64,000 bases of DNA, taken from NCBI RefSeq assembly GCF_001447785.1, contig NW_015168053.1:547308-611307 (forward strand), written 5' to 3'. This DNA comes from Gekko japonicus (lineage: Eukaryota). Each line of letters starts with the position of its first letter. Position 1 is the first letter of the stretch. Positions 11,219-23,159 of the stretch are shown one piece after another. Both the position numbers and the translations under genes were made by a program. Under the pieces are notes generated by a model that was not told where the DNA came from, searched no databases, and worked only from the letters and a program-made list of their open reading frames with translations.

Positions 11219-11573
11219 AAGGTAAAAGGTAAAGGTTCCCTTGCTCGAAAGCCAGTCGAATCCGACTCTAGGGTTGTGGTGCTCATCTCCGTTTCAAAGC
11301 CGAGGAGCCAGCGCTGTCCGAAGACGTTTCCGTAGTCATGTGGCCGGCATGACTAAACGCCAAGGCGCATGGAATGCTGTTACCATCCCACCGAAGTGGT
11401 ACCTATTTATCTACTTGCAATTTCTTGCTTTCGAACTGCTAGGTTGGCAGGAGCTGGAACTAGAGACGGGAGCTCACTCCGTCATGCGGCAACTCGGGTC
11501 TTGGAACTGCTGAACTACCGACCTTCCACAGCCTGCAGTTCAGCATCTTAACCACTTGAGCCACCACAGCTCC
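11219..11573 (-). mobile_element. Sauria SINE
   Basis: Full copy, TSD TAATTTTGAAAA. Confidence 0.85.
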
Positions 11574-12927
11574 TAATTTTGAAAAGTGGGGTCTAAAAAG
11601 CCCTTCCTCCTGAAAAAGAGATAGCCCCGCTCCTCCAATTCCCCTCTGTAGTGTGAAAGGATTACTCAGTGGGGGGAGAAATGTGCTCCGGGGGCAAAGC
11701 TGCCTACCTCCAGGTGGACCCTGGAGATTTCCCTGGATTACATCTGATCTCCAGACTGCTGAAATCAATTCCCCTGGAGAAAATGGCTGCCATAAAGAGT
11801 GACCTCTGTGGCATTACACCCCTCCTGAAGTTCTTCCCCTCCCCAAACCCTGCCATTCCCAGGATCCACCCTCACACTCCCAGGAAATTCTGACCCAAGA
11901 GCTGGCAACCGTACCTGGGGATTACCCTTTCCCATTCCTATTTCCAGATTTATTTATTTATCAGATTTATACCCCGCCCTCACTGCTGGAGCAGGCCCAG
12001 GGCGGCTTACAAAAAACGTTCAGGGTATTCGAAATGAGTCAGACAAACATCCATCAAATGTCCATTATTTCTAGCCGGGGTCAGCTTTATTTTGGGATCA
12101 CAGATGATAAAGGGCCGCCATACTGCATCATGTCCTGAGGAAGCCCTAAGACCCTTTTCTCCCTCAGACACATCAGGGGAATAGAATGAAGGAAGGTCCT
12201 CATTTTTCTCTTGCTAACCGTTCCCCATCTGAGAGTCATTCCCATCCTACAGAGCTTGGGGAATGGGAGAGAAAGCCATATATCCTTGTCCCTGTACTAT
12301 TATCTTCACGGTAATTGGGTTGCCAGCTCTGATTTAGGAAATACCTGGAGACTCTTGGGGTGGAGCTTGAGATGGGTGGGGTTTGGGGAGGGACTTCAGT
12401 GGGGTACAGTCAGGGCCTGCTCGCTCACTAGGTGAACTAGGCGTTCGCCTAGAGCGCACCAGCCCTTAGGGGTGCCAAACTGCACCCGCCCCCCACCAAA
12501 AGCCCCCCCCGCCTAAAGACCTGCATCTCCATGGGCTACCCGCCACCTCTTTGGCTGGCTACCTTCTCCCTGCCTGCCCCCTTGGCTTCCCAGTGGAGCG
12601 CTTCTCCTCCTCCTCCTCTTCCACGGGCCGGGGACTGGCAGCTGCAGCAGGAGCAGCAGCAGCAGTAGGGCCGGGGGAGCGACTGCTTGTGAGCGCCCCG
12701 CCGGTCAGCCTCTTCTCCAGGTGCCCTGACGAGGGGCGCCAAACTGCACTTGCCCCCCGCCAACAGCCCCCCCCGCCGGCTCTGACGGGGGGCACGGGGG
12801 GCGGCAGAAGGGATCCTCGCCTAGAGTGCAAAATAAGCTGGGTACATTGTCATAGAATCCACCTTCCAAAGTGGCCATTTTCCCCAGGTGATCTGATCTC
12901 TTTTACCTGGAGGAGATCTGTCGTAAT

Positions 12928-13133
12928 CAATACTCCCTTTAAACTGTGGAGCCTTGTGAGCAAAGATTCTACTTTGTGAGCTACTGGTATTAAAGTTGTG
13001 AGTGAGTGATTTGGCTACTGCACAAATTAGTGTGCTCTGGAGCCATCCTTCCTGAGCTAAGACAAAAATGTGTGAGCCGGAGGCTAAAAATCTGTGAGCT
13101 AGTTCACACTAACTCAGCCTAGAGAGAATACTG
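12928..13133 (-). mobile_element. 206-bp hAT MITE nested in a TAGGGTTGCCA MITE
   Basis: TSD GTCGTAAT/GTTGTAAT. Confidence 0.8.
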
Positions 13134-13713
13134 GTTGTAATCCCAGATCTCCAGCCATCACCTGGAAGTTGGCAACCCTAACAAAGGCACCTGTCGGGGA
13201 TGCATGGAAGCATCTTGAGAGGCGGAAAGTGGAAAAGGAACAGACTCCAGCATTCTTTATGACAACTCGCTAATGTTAATTAGATAGCAAACATCTGGAT
13301 TTGCTGGAGAGATTGAGCCATAAACCCCTCTCCTTCCCCTCCCTCGCAGAAAATGATTTCAGCTTGGAAACATTTAAAAAGGCACTACAAGACAAAGACG
13401 AAGGGAGACACCCAGCGGTACTTTAAAGACTGCCAGCATTTATTCCTGCATTAAAACAAAACCTGCGTCCAGTAGCAGCTTTAAGACCAGCAAAGTTTTA
13501 TTGAAGGTATAAGCTTTCCTGTGCAAACTCCTTCAGATAAGTTTTCATTGTATCTGAGGGAGTGTGCGTGCTCACGAAATCTTATACCTTCGATAAAATT
13601 ATGTTGGTCTTAATTTAAGGCGCCGCTGGACTCAAAATCTGTTCTGCGCCTTCAGACCAACACGGCTACCTGAATCCAGCATGAGGGTTCGTGAAGCGGG
13701 GAGCAACTATGAA

Positions 13714-13765
13714 ACTACAGTTCCCAGAATTCAGTGGGCTTGCCGGAACCATTCCAAAATGGCCG
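13714..13765 (+). promoter_or_regulatory. NDUFA3 core promoter motifs
   Basis: ACTACAGTTCCCAGAAT (ZNF143/THAP11-type) at 13714, CCGGAA ETS at 13743, YY1-type CAAAATGGC overlapping the ATG. Confidence 0.7.
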
Positions 13766-13774
13766 TCTTTAGCA
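13759..13774 (+). CDS. NDUFA3: NDUFA3 exon 1
   Basis: ATGGCCGTCTTTAGCA|GTAAGT within promoter motifs. Confidence 0.85.
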
Positions 13775-16625
13775 GTAAGTACAGTAACAGTTGGGGTGCG
13801 TTTTGCTTGGGGAGCGGGAGAACAGTTATTTGTGCCTGTGGCAGGGAACGTAGTGCGTTTTTTACCTCTTGCAAAAGGCAGCAAGGACTATGATTACGGG
13901 TGTAACAGTAACTTGTTTCTAGAAGGGTGGGAAGAAATCCAAGAGGGTAACATCGGAGGATGACCTTTGGTCAGTGGAAAAGGGATGCTGGAATGTGACT
14001 GTGAGAGAGCGGAGAAGATGTATGGCTGGAATGTGACTGTGAGAGAGCGGAGATGTACGATCGTTGAGTTTTATGTTCGGTGAACTTCCAGTCCCGATCA
14101 TTCAGGCCTCTGGATACTGTTCCCCAAGAACATCAGCTTTGTTTCCACGAGGTCCCATGCCACGTGATTTTTTGACTTTGTGGTTTAGAAAACCTTTCTG
14201 AGGTGTGAATTGATGCTCCTGTTTTGTTCATCAACTCAGTGAGATTTCTGTCTCTGATACTATTATGCCCATTGTACAGATATGAAAAGTGGGGGTGTGG
14301 GCAAACATTGATTTTGCTTGAGGTGGTGGTCCAGAGAATCACAATGTCTTGAGCATCTAGGGACCCTGGTTCCTAGCACCCGATCATGGCACATTAACTA
14401 TGAAATGCAATGAGTTACCCCCGCCCCCACTCCGCCATCTAGTCAAGCCTCAACAGATTATCCTCATAAAGCAATGTTATGGTGCTTCACTGGAAGAGTG
14501 AAGGTGCTTTCAGAGTAGGTTGCCCCAGATGATTCTAAGTAGGAGAGCCAACACTTTCTGTAAGGGAAGATCAGAGTAAAACCTGCTTAATTGGGGTCTT
14601 TGAAACTTCCTCTTTCCTGGGTTTCTGTAGCTCCCCACCTGCTGCTGCTGTTCTAATGCATTAGACTCAAGTCCTTTGAAACAGAACCAGCAATTTAAAA
14701 CCATTCTGTTAATTATGCATGTTTCTGGTTGCTTCTACAGAAGTTGGTGCATATCTTAAAAATGCCTGGGCCAAGGAACCTGTTATTGTGGCCTCTTTTG
14801 CCATTGGCATTGTAGGTGAGTGTGTGTGTGTGGCTTTTCCGTTAATCGCAGAAACCCTTACTGAACACCCCCGTCCTTACAGCACATGCTCAATGCTTAG
14901 AAGACATAACTTCTAGATAAAACCTCCAAGTTCAGTGGCAGTGAACCTCAGAATGCTAGTTGCTGAGAGGCAACAGTGGGGGAGGGCTATTGTGCTGTTG
15001 GCAGGTTTCCTGGGGAGCATCTGTTTGCCTGTAGGAAGCTGATCCAGATGGATCTTTGGTCTGATACAGCAGGGCTCTTTTCGTTTTGCTTACCGTGTGA
15101 TATGTTCTCCATGCCTTGTTGGCCCACATCCTTATTCTCCCTTTCCCTATTTCAGCTGTGATAGCGCCCTGGGTCAGCCCCTACACTAAGTACAGCGTTA
15201 TGATCAACGAAGCTATGCCATACACATACCCAGGTACAACCACCAGTCTGTAATACCCGCTCTTTTCTGGGGCAGTTTCTGATTTTGTGGGGGGAAACGA
15301 AGCTACGTGAGATTTTGACATTGGTCTTTGCTGTGGGGGAACTATATCCATAACTGAATGACTTTTGGGTGGGGAGGAAGGCATTTGAAGGACAAAGTCA
15401 ACAAGTTCCAGGTGGTCAGCCGTCTTGGTCTGAAGCAGTAGAACAAATTTAGAGTCCAGTGGCACCTTTAAGACCAACAAAAGTTTATTCAGGGTATGAG
15501 CTTTCATGTGCTAGGTATACATTGGAACGGAAGTTAAGAGTTCAAACTTATAGACAGGCTGAACAGCAAATTTACATGTAACATGATGGAGATGTTTTAA
15601 GTTATGCAAAAACAAGACTAAATCACAAGCTAAGGTTGTAAGGTCAACAGTTGTTTTGAATTAAGGGGGGAAAGGACACCAAAGTAATAGATATGTCAAA
15701 ATAGGGAATAATTGTGTAAAGGCATCTTTTCTAATTCTTCCAGGGCTCATTTTACATTGCCTTACACCACCACACAGATAGTTCAAGGAATCTCCCACAG
15801 GTCTGTGGAATTACTGGATCAGTTGCCCAGGTTTATTATTTTTCTAGGGGTTTTGTTGTTGTTGAAAAATAAATAAATAGCTCTCTTGAAAATCCCTACA
15901 TATTTTGTAGGTGGAATATAAATATTTTAAGCAGTCTGGGGGTTTTTTGCCATCAATGAGCAAAAAAAAGCTCTAAAGACAGATGCCTGTGTAATGTTTC
16001 CCAGCTGCTTGAAAATAGGTGCACTCACATCTTCATTTTCTGTGAGTGGTTGGAGATGGTCACATGAATGGCAAATCTGCTGAGTATGCCTCAGAAATAT
16101 ACACTGCAGCTCTTTTATTTAAAATGTTTCCAGTTCATTTTCCCCTGAAAGAACTCAAAACTGCCCAAGTCTTATTAAAAACTGGTTCCAGAGAACCTTG
16201 GGAAAAAAATAAGATAAACTCAAAGAGCGAGACAAAAACAAATCCCTGAGGTTCTTATCTGTTGTGTTAAAATATCCCCCTGGAAACGTACCAATTCACA
16301 GTGTTTCTGGAAAACTTCCAGTGTGTGTGTGTGTGGGGAGCTCTTAACAATTTCTGGAAGGCCAGTCCATATAGTTCGAGAACCACTATCATGAAAGCCA
16401 GGGCAGTGGTCAATTTCACCTGCTCACATGAGGGACTTACTTCGCTGACTGGGGTTACCAGGCTCTTCCCAGCATAATAAGCTCTTGTGTACCATTGTGC
16501 CTGATTCCCATTCCCCTCCCCCTTTCTTCACAGTGCCCGTTCGGGATAATGGCAACATGCCCGATATTCCCTCCCACCCTTGTGACAAGGAAGGCCCAAG
16601 CCTCGAGTGGCTGAAGAACTTCTGA
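13759..16625 (+). CDS. NDUFA3: NADH:ubiquinone oxidoreductase subunit A3 (86 aa)
   Basis: Exons 13759-13774, 14741-14815, 15156-15233, 16534-16625 (261 nt); [28 protein letters not shown]...[35 protein letters not shown]; AATAAA at 16733. Confidence 0.97.
14741..14815 (+). CDS. NDUFA3: NDUFA3 exon 2
   Basis: [10 protein letters not shown], 75 nt. Confidence 0.95.
   Translation, partial: KLVHILKMPGPRNLLLWPLLPLAL
15156..15233 (+). CDS. NDUFA3: NDUFA3 exon 3
   Basis: [19 protein letters not shown], 78 nt. Confidence 0.95.
16534..16625 (+). CDS. NDUFA3: NDUFA3 exon 4
   Basis: [15 protein letters not shown]...EWLKNF*. Confidence 0.95.
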
Positions 16626-17036
16626 GACCTCGCAAAAGACATACTGAGCTACAACTGAAGGATCCACCAATCCAGCTGGCACCACATCACTATCTGCTGT
16701 TTTCTTGTAGATGTGTACCATTTCCAGAGTGTAATAAAACTGCTGTTAACTTAAAAGACAGGCTTTCTGGTGTATTTTTAGGAAGCTTCTCTAGGATGGA
16801 AGAGACTTTTTGAACTCCCCAGAACATGATTGGAATTGTGGTTCAGGTTCCATAGCTTCCTACCTCGAGGGATGCTTGGGAATTATACTTTTGCTGAGAA
16901 GGTTAAGAAGTCTCCTGTAATACCTGCCGTAGCTGAACTTCTTTGGGCAAATCAGTAGCGGTATGTGCCTTCAATATTTTCTGTTGGTACCCAATGCTCA
17001 CATAGCATCCCTCATTCAGGGCTGCATTTTGCAGGG

Positions 17037-17477
17037 TGTAACGATTCCATGTTTTTTTGTGTGTGTGTCTCTTTAAAAGTTTGGTTGCATGGCTGTGGTA
17101 GATAGAGTGGTTGAGAGATGCAAGTGTGGTATGATTGGTGGTTGACAGAGAGGGGGAGGGGTTTTGGAAGTGAATCTGTTTGGATGAGTATGTGAGTCAG
17201 TCAGGAGTTTCAGTTACAAGTTGACAGTTGATGTACACAGGCAGTTCTGTGTTGAAGCAGTTAGAAGCTGACAGCTGCGGTTGTTCAGTGAGAAAGAGAA
17301 AGAGAGCTGAAAGCTGAGTGTATAGGAAAAAGTAAAGTTTAAGTGAAGAAAAGTTAAAGGAAAGTCTGAGTGTCATAACAAACTCGAGTGAAACAGTGAA
17401 CATATATGGCATTGAGATAAACCACCTCTGTTTCCAGTCACTTTTAAAACAGTATCCGGGAGCCATGGGTAGGTTAC
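17037..17477 (+). mobile_element. Possible degenerate solo LTR between NDUFA3 and TFPT 3' ends
   Basis: TGTAAC...GTTAC ends, purine-rich interior; no clear TSD. Confidence 0.35.
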
Positions 17478-17979
17478 CTCAAATATTAGACCTCAGTTGT
17501 CTCTCACCTCCCAGTCATAGAAGACTAAGTGAGGAGACTTAGCACCTCTGTGGGTGGTTCAATTATCTCCCCACCCCACTCTGCCAGCATTTAAGACTCA
17601 GAAATGTTAAGTACTAAATAACCATTTCTTCCTCTTACCCAATATTAAGTTGTACATCAGAAGCAGAATCCATTCACATTTTAATACATACTGGCTTGAA
17701 TAATTCTATTATACATTGACTGTCGAGTTCTATCATTTCACAAAATGTAGTGCAGTTCACTTTGTTAGCCTAGACTTTCCCTAAGCAACTCTGGCTCAGT
17801 TCTGATCAGGTAAAAGTTTCATGGTTCATTTTTTTCTGTCCCTTAAAAAATGAACAGGCGCACACTTAGATCTTCACGGAACAACAGAGTAGTCTGTTAA
17901 CCTAGGAAAAGGCGACTGAAGCGCAGGTATATAAAATCTCCGCTTGGGGTTTGGCAAGGGGCCATTGACAGGTCCAGCT

Positions 17980-18114
17980 TCAGTCAAAATCAGAACAGGC
18001 TCCAGGGCTAGAGAACTTGGGATAATGAAGTAACTTGTCCTGGGGACTAGACTGCTGCCAAGTAGCTGCTAAGACATCTTCTTGCTCACAGTGGAAATCC
18101 TCTTCAGTCTTTAT
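17980..18114 (-). CDS. TFPT: TFPT last coding exon
   Basis: IKTEEDF...[19 protein letters not shown]. Confidence 0.9.
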   Translation of the reverse strand: MKTEEDFHCEQEDVLAATWQQSSPQDKLLHYPKFSSPGACSDFD

Positions 18115-21100
18115 CTGCAGTAAAAAACCAAAACACTGTTATCTGAAACATTCCCAGCCCAAAGACAGAGCTCTGTGCATCATCTCCAAACTCGAGCTGG
18201 CAGCACTAGGTGGGTACCATATTGGGGAATGGTGATCAGAAGAGACACGGGTGTTATGTCAGACCTATGTGGCTCCCGAGCCACTGAGTATCACAGGGCT
18301 AGACATTTGCTTTAGAGATTAAAAACCAGGATTTGCACTGTGTGCAGCTGATGTCTATACTACACAGAAAACAAACTCTGACTGGCTGCCGTGACATTAG
18401 GAAACACTCCTGAAACATCACTAAGGAAACTAGGACCATATGTCAAGATTAGCCGTGAAAGCTGATGTGTTCTCCAATACCTGAACTGGGAATTCTTCCA
18501 TGGGAAGCAAGGCTGGTGTTGCTCGCCGCAACCTTGCTTCCTTTTCCTCTCGCACGTGGCGCCGGCGCTTCTTACTCGTTGGCCCCTCGGTAGGTGAGGG
18601 GCTCTCAGCATCTTGGGCAGTCAAAGACCCTGGAAGGCGCTTGGGGGTCTCTTTCTCAGGAGGTTCATTTTCTGTGTTGCCTGGTGTTGAGGCGTCCATG
18701 CTGTGGCTTCCTTCATCCTAAAAAGAGAACAGAATTGACCTAGAATTCTCAGTTCTCACTCTCCTTTTCACCAATAACAAGCCACAGTGAAGGGAATTTG
18801 CTTTTCCCCCTACAAATACAGGGTCCAGCTATGGGAGGGGCAGTCAAGTAAACCAGGGAAGTTCCCCATAGGTAGATGTGGGTTCAGAGCAACTGGCTTG
18901 TGTTGAAAGTTAGGGGTAGGAAGCAGTTATAAAGGACTACAAGGGATACAGATGGGAGGAAGGCAGAGCCTACAGGAAGGATGGTCAGTCTGGGAGGGCC
19001 ATGAGAAGATTACTTGGCCAGTAATGACACCTGAGTTTTCATAGTGGGCAGCAGTTCTAAAGAACATAAGAGAAGCCAATGTTGGATCAGGCCAATGGCC
19101 CATCCAGTCCAACACGCTGTCACACAGTGGCCAAAAATACCAGATGCCACCAAGAGGTCGATCAGTGAAACCAGGACACTAGAAGCCCTCCCACTGTTGC
19201 CGCCCCCCAAGCACCAAGAATACAGTGCATCATTTGCCCCAGACTGAGAGTTCCTATCTATACCTTGTGGCCAATAGCCACTGATGGACCTCTGCTCAAT
19301 ATGTTTATCTAATTCCCTCTTGAAGCTGTCCATGCTTGTAGCCACCACCACCTCCTGTGGCAGTGAATTCCATGTGTTAACCACTCTTTGGGTGAAAAAG
19401 TACTTCCTTTTATCTGTTCTAACTCGACTGCTCAGCAATTCCATTGAGTGCCCACGAGTTCTTGTATTGTGAGAAAGGGAGAAAAGTACTTCTTTCTCTA
19501 CCTGCTGTATCCCATGCATAATCTTGTAAACCTCGATCATGTCACCCCTCAGTCATTGTTTCACCAAGCTAAAGAGCCCCAAGTGCTTTAACTTTTCTTC
19601 ATAGGGAAAGTGTTCCAACCCTTTTATCATTCTAGTTGCCCTTTTCTGCACTTTTCCCAATGCTATAATATCCTTTTTGAGGTGCAGTGACCAGAACTGT
19701 ACACAGTATTCCAAATAAGGTAGCACCAATTTATACAGAGGCATTATGATACTGACTGTCAGTTCCCTTCCTAATAATCCCCAGCATAGTGCTGGCCTTT
19801 TTTATTGCAGTCGCACACTGTCTCGACATTTTCAGTGAGTTATCTACTGTGACTCCAAGATCTCTCTCTTGGTCAGTCTCTACCAGTTTGGACCCCATCA
19901 ACGTATACTTATAGTTAGGATTTTTGGCTCCAATGTGCATCACTTTGCACTTGGCCACACTGAACCCCATTTGCCATGTTGACGCCCACTCACCCATCCT
20001 CGACAGATCCCTTTGGAGTGCCTCACAATCCTCCCTGGTTCTCACCACCCTGAACAATTTCGTGTTCAAGAACTGGCAGAGGATTTGTTGTCAAGTGTCT
20101 GTNNNNNNNNNNNNNNNNNNNNNNNNNNNNNNNNNNNNNNNNNNNNNNNNNNNNNNNNNNNNNCCCATCAACGTATACTTATAGTTAGGATTTTTGGCTC
20201 CAATGTGCATCACTTTGCACTTGGCCACATTGAACCCCATTTGCCATGTTGACGCCCACTCGCCCATCCTCGACAGATCCCTTTGGAGTGCCTCACAATC
20301 CTCCCTGGTTCTCACCACCCTGAACAATTTCGTGTTCAAGAACTGGCAGAGGATTTGTTGTCAAGTGTCTGTCTTCTGTACCCTCTGCCTCTTGTGTCTC
20401 AAAGCAAATACTTCTTACCTCCAGGACTATATCAAGGTGGCCCTGCCTATAGTCATCCCCATAGGAGTCCAGCACTCTCATGAGAGACCTGAATTGAAGA
20501 AAAAGCCTGTAAGGAAATCATCCTCAGGAAATGACATCACCGCCCACTTTCTTCTAGCAAGAGGACTACAAATATCAAGTCCTGACCTATTTGCTCACCT
20601 CCTTTCCTGTTTGAGCCTTAGTGTTATTCTCTGGACCTGATGCAGCCGATTTAACATCCTCTCATTCACCTGTAATCGTCAGTAGAGTTCACAGGGAAAT
20701 ATTAGAATTGTATGTATTTAAAATGTTTATGAGACCATTTTATTCCCAGATAACGGAGCCAAGGTGAAGAACATCAATAAAATCAGCACAAAAATAACAC
20801 AATTCTAAGAGGAACAGAATTAGAACTACTGGTAGCAAATCTTAAAATCCAACAAGCAATTGCAATAGTTCAAGACACCCATGAAGCAATTAGCTGGAGA
20901 AACCATAGGCTCTGGTTTTACAAACCCTCCAAAGCTGCAAGAGGTATACAACTTCTAATTTCCTTCAGGACCCTATTCCACACCACAGGAGTTTGTTCTA
21001 GCCTTCCTTCCACCAAATTCTGATTTTTAAAAAGCATTGGCACAAAACATTTTAAAAAATAAATTCAACCAAAAAAATTCCCAACATTATACAAAGTAAA

Positions 21101-22396
21101 CATAGTAAATAAAATATTTACAAATAAGAACATAAAGATGAACAAATGAAGCAAATCATCTAGCTCAGTACAGTTATCTATGCTGACGGGCAGCACCTTT
21201 CCAAGATTTCAGCCAAGGAAAGATCTTTCTCCCCAGAACATCTACCAGACACTCCTTCACTGGTGATGTCAAAGACTGAGCCTGAAAACGTCTGCATGCC
21301 AAGCATCTGCTCTACTACTGATCCACAGCCACATCCCCCAAAGCATCATGCAGATAATTTTTTGTTTTAGTCGCTGAATTCATAATCATTGATTTGCAAC
21401 TGTTTTTTGTAAGTACACTTCAATTATTTACAGTCTGCCTTTAGAGCCAAATAAGAGCCAAAATGAAGCACAACTCACAGGCACATATTAATTGTACCTA
21501 GCTGGCATGTTACAGTTGCTTCTCATTGTCAATTTTACACCCATTGTACATTCTAAACATCCACTTTGGTGTGATATATATACACACACTATAGTCCAGC
21601 TGGGTAGCTTTCATATTTATAGTAATTTGATTTTGGGGGTTTTTGCTGTCAAGTCATAGCTGATTTATGGTGACCCTATAGGATTTTCAAGGCACGAAAC
21701 TTCAAGCTGGTTTGCCATTGCCTGCCTTTACGTAGCACCCCTGGATTTCTTTGCTGGTCTCCCATCCAAATACTAACCAGGGCTGACCCTGCTTAAAGGT
21801 AAAGGTAAAGGTTCCCTTGCTCGAAAGCCAGTCGAATCCGACTCTAGGGTTGCGGTGCTCATCTCCGTTTCAAAGCCGAAGAGCCAGCGCTGTCCGAAGA
21901 CGTTTCCGTGGTCATGTGGCCGGCATGACTAAACACCAAGGCGCACGGAACGCTGTTACCTTCCCACCGAAGTGGTACCTATTTATCTACTTGCAATTTC
22001 TTGCTTTCGAACTGCTAGGTTGACCCTGCTTAGCTTCCTAGATAAACCTAGTGTGGACTATCCAGGTCAGGGCAGTTTGATTAATAAGCTGGATGTTACT
22101 GATTCTGTTTAGTTTACTGTTGTCAGCCACTGTGATTTTGGTAAGGTGACCTAGAAAATTTAAATAAGTACCTGCTCTAATTCCTTGCAGTGCCGAGCAA
22201 GTGCCTGGCATTTACGTCGTGTCATTTCCTGCTGCCGCAACACTCCTTCCTCTTCCTCCTCCTCCTGCAGCCCCCCATCAGCAAACTCCACTTCTGTCTC
22301 TAGCTCACTCTCAAGAATATTGCCACCAAAAAGAGGGGGAAGTGCCAGTTCTGAGCCAGGAGGCACTGAGAATTCTTCAAATCCCACACCTGCCAT
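17980..22396 (-). CDS. TFPT: TCF3 fusion partner / INO80 subunit (245 aa)
   Basis: Exons 22396-22172, 20669-20599, 20488-20419, 18717-18481, 18114-17980 (738 nt); [68 protein letters not shown]; ATTAAA at 17685-17680. Confidence 0.96.
18481..18717 (-). CDS. TFPT: TFPT exon (237 nt)
   Basis: DEGSHS...[12 protein letters not shown]...KKRRR...FPVQ. Confidence 0.9.
19061..20332 (-). mobile_element. CR1 LINE 3' fragment (degenerate RT C-terminus) in TFPT intron
   Basis: TKLFRVV...LQRDL...W...[38 protein letters not shown]; frameshifts; CTTATGTTCT tail. Confidence 0.92.
20103..20163. other. Assembly gap with duplicated flanks
   Basis: N run; 19894-20102 recurs at 20164-20372. Confidence 1.
20419..20488 (-). 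CDS. TFPT: TFPT exon (70 nt)
   Basis: [23 protein letters not shown]. Confidence 0.93.
20599..20669 (-). CDS. TFPT: TFPT exon (71 nt)
   Basis: [23 protein letters not shown]. Confidence 0.93.
21796..22020 (-). mobile_element. 5'-truncated Sauria SINE nested in a 5S-derived SINE
   Basis: TSD TGACCCTGCTTA at 21784 and 22021. Confidence 0.8.
22172..22396 (-). CDS. TFPT: TFPT coding exon with conserved Met
   Basis: 75 codons, CAG|GTACTT donor; acceptor 4 nt before ATG. Confidence 0.93.
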
Positions 22397-23159
22397 GTTC
22401 CTGAGCAGGAAAAGTAAGAGAGAAAGAAAGTGACATATTGACTTGTGATGGGCATCCATCCATTAGTTCCACTCCTTCCCCCTCCACTATGAATGGCTAA
22501 TGGTGCAGCAACAGTTTATTCAAACACATTTCCCAACAGAGTAAACAAAAAGAAAATACTGTAGGATAGCAATCAAGAATCAGAGCAGTCAGTTTATCAT
22601 TTCACTACCAGGAATTTTTTTTTTAAATCACCACTACTGAAATATATTACCTATATCCTTCCATATATTTACAGGTGTTATACATTTGTATAGTCAATGT
22701 CAAATACTCGGATTTTCCAAATTTCTGTGCACAGTAGGAAAGTTTATTTTTTTACAAGAAAATTTAATCCACTAAAATTTTGAAATCCAGTTTCTAATAA
22801 AGAGAAAGCAAGTGATCCGAGCCAACGAGGTGCCATCTGTAGAAAAAAAAATTCTGTAGTATATCAGTAATCTGAACAAAGAATGAGAAAGTTCATTTAA
22901 ACTTTTTTGCCACCTCGATGAATACAATATACAATTTCGGAATAAGAAGGAAAGGAACTGAATTGAGTATCTCAGTCCCAGTTAAAGACCCAACTAAAAA
23001 TGTTTGTGAAAGATACTCAGGCTCTCGTTTTGGAGTGTCTCCAAGAGAAGACCTGAACAAGACCCAAGGGCGCCTTTGACTGCCCTCCATGCACCAAACC
23101 CACCTTAATACCACCTTCACCAATGTCCACGATTCTTCCAAGGATACAAAAACAGATAA

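Noticed and set aside
12536-12979. GC-rich ORFs and apparent CpG island
   Set aside because: Interior of a nested hAT element; low-complexity translation.
19010-20339. Reverse-transcriptase-like ORFs
   Set aside because: Truncated, frameshifted CR1; not an active RT system.
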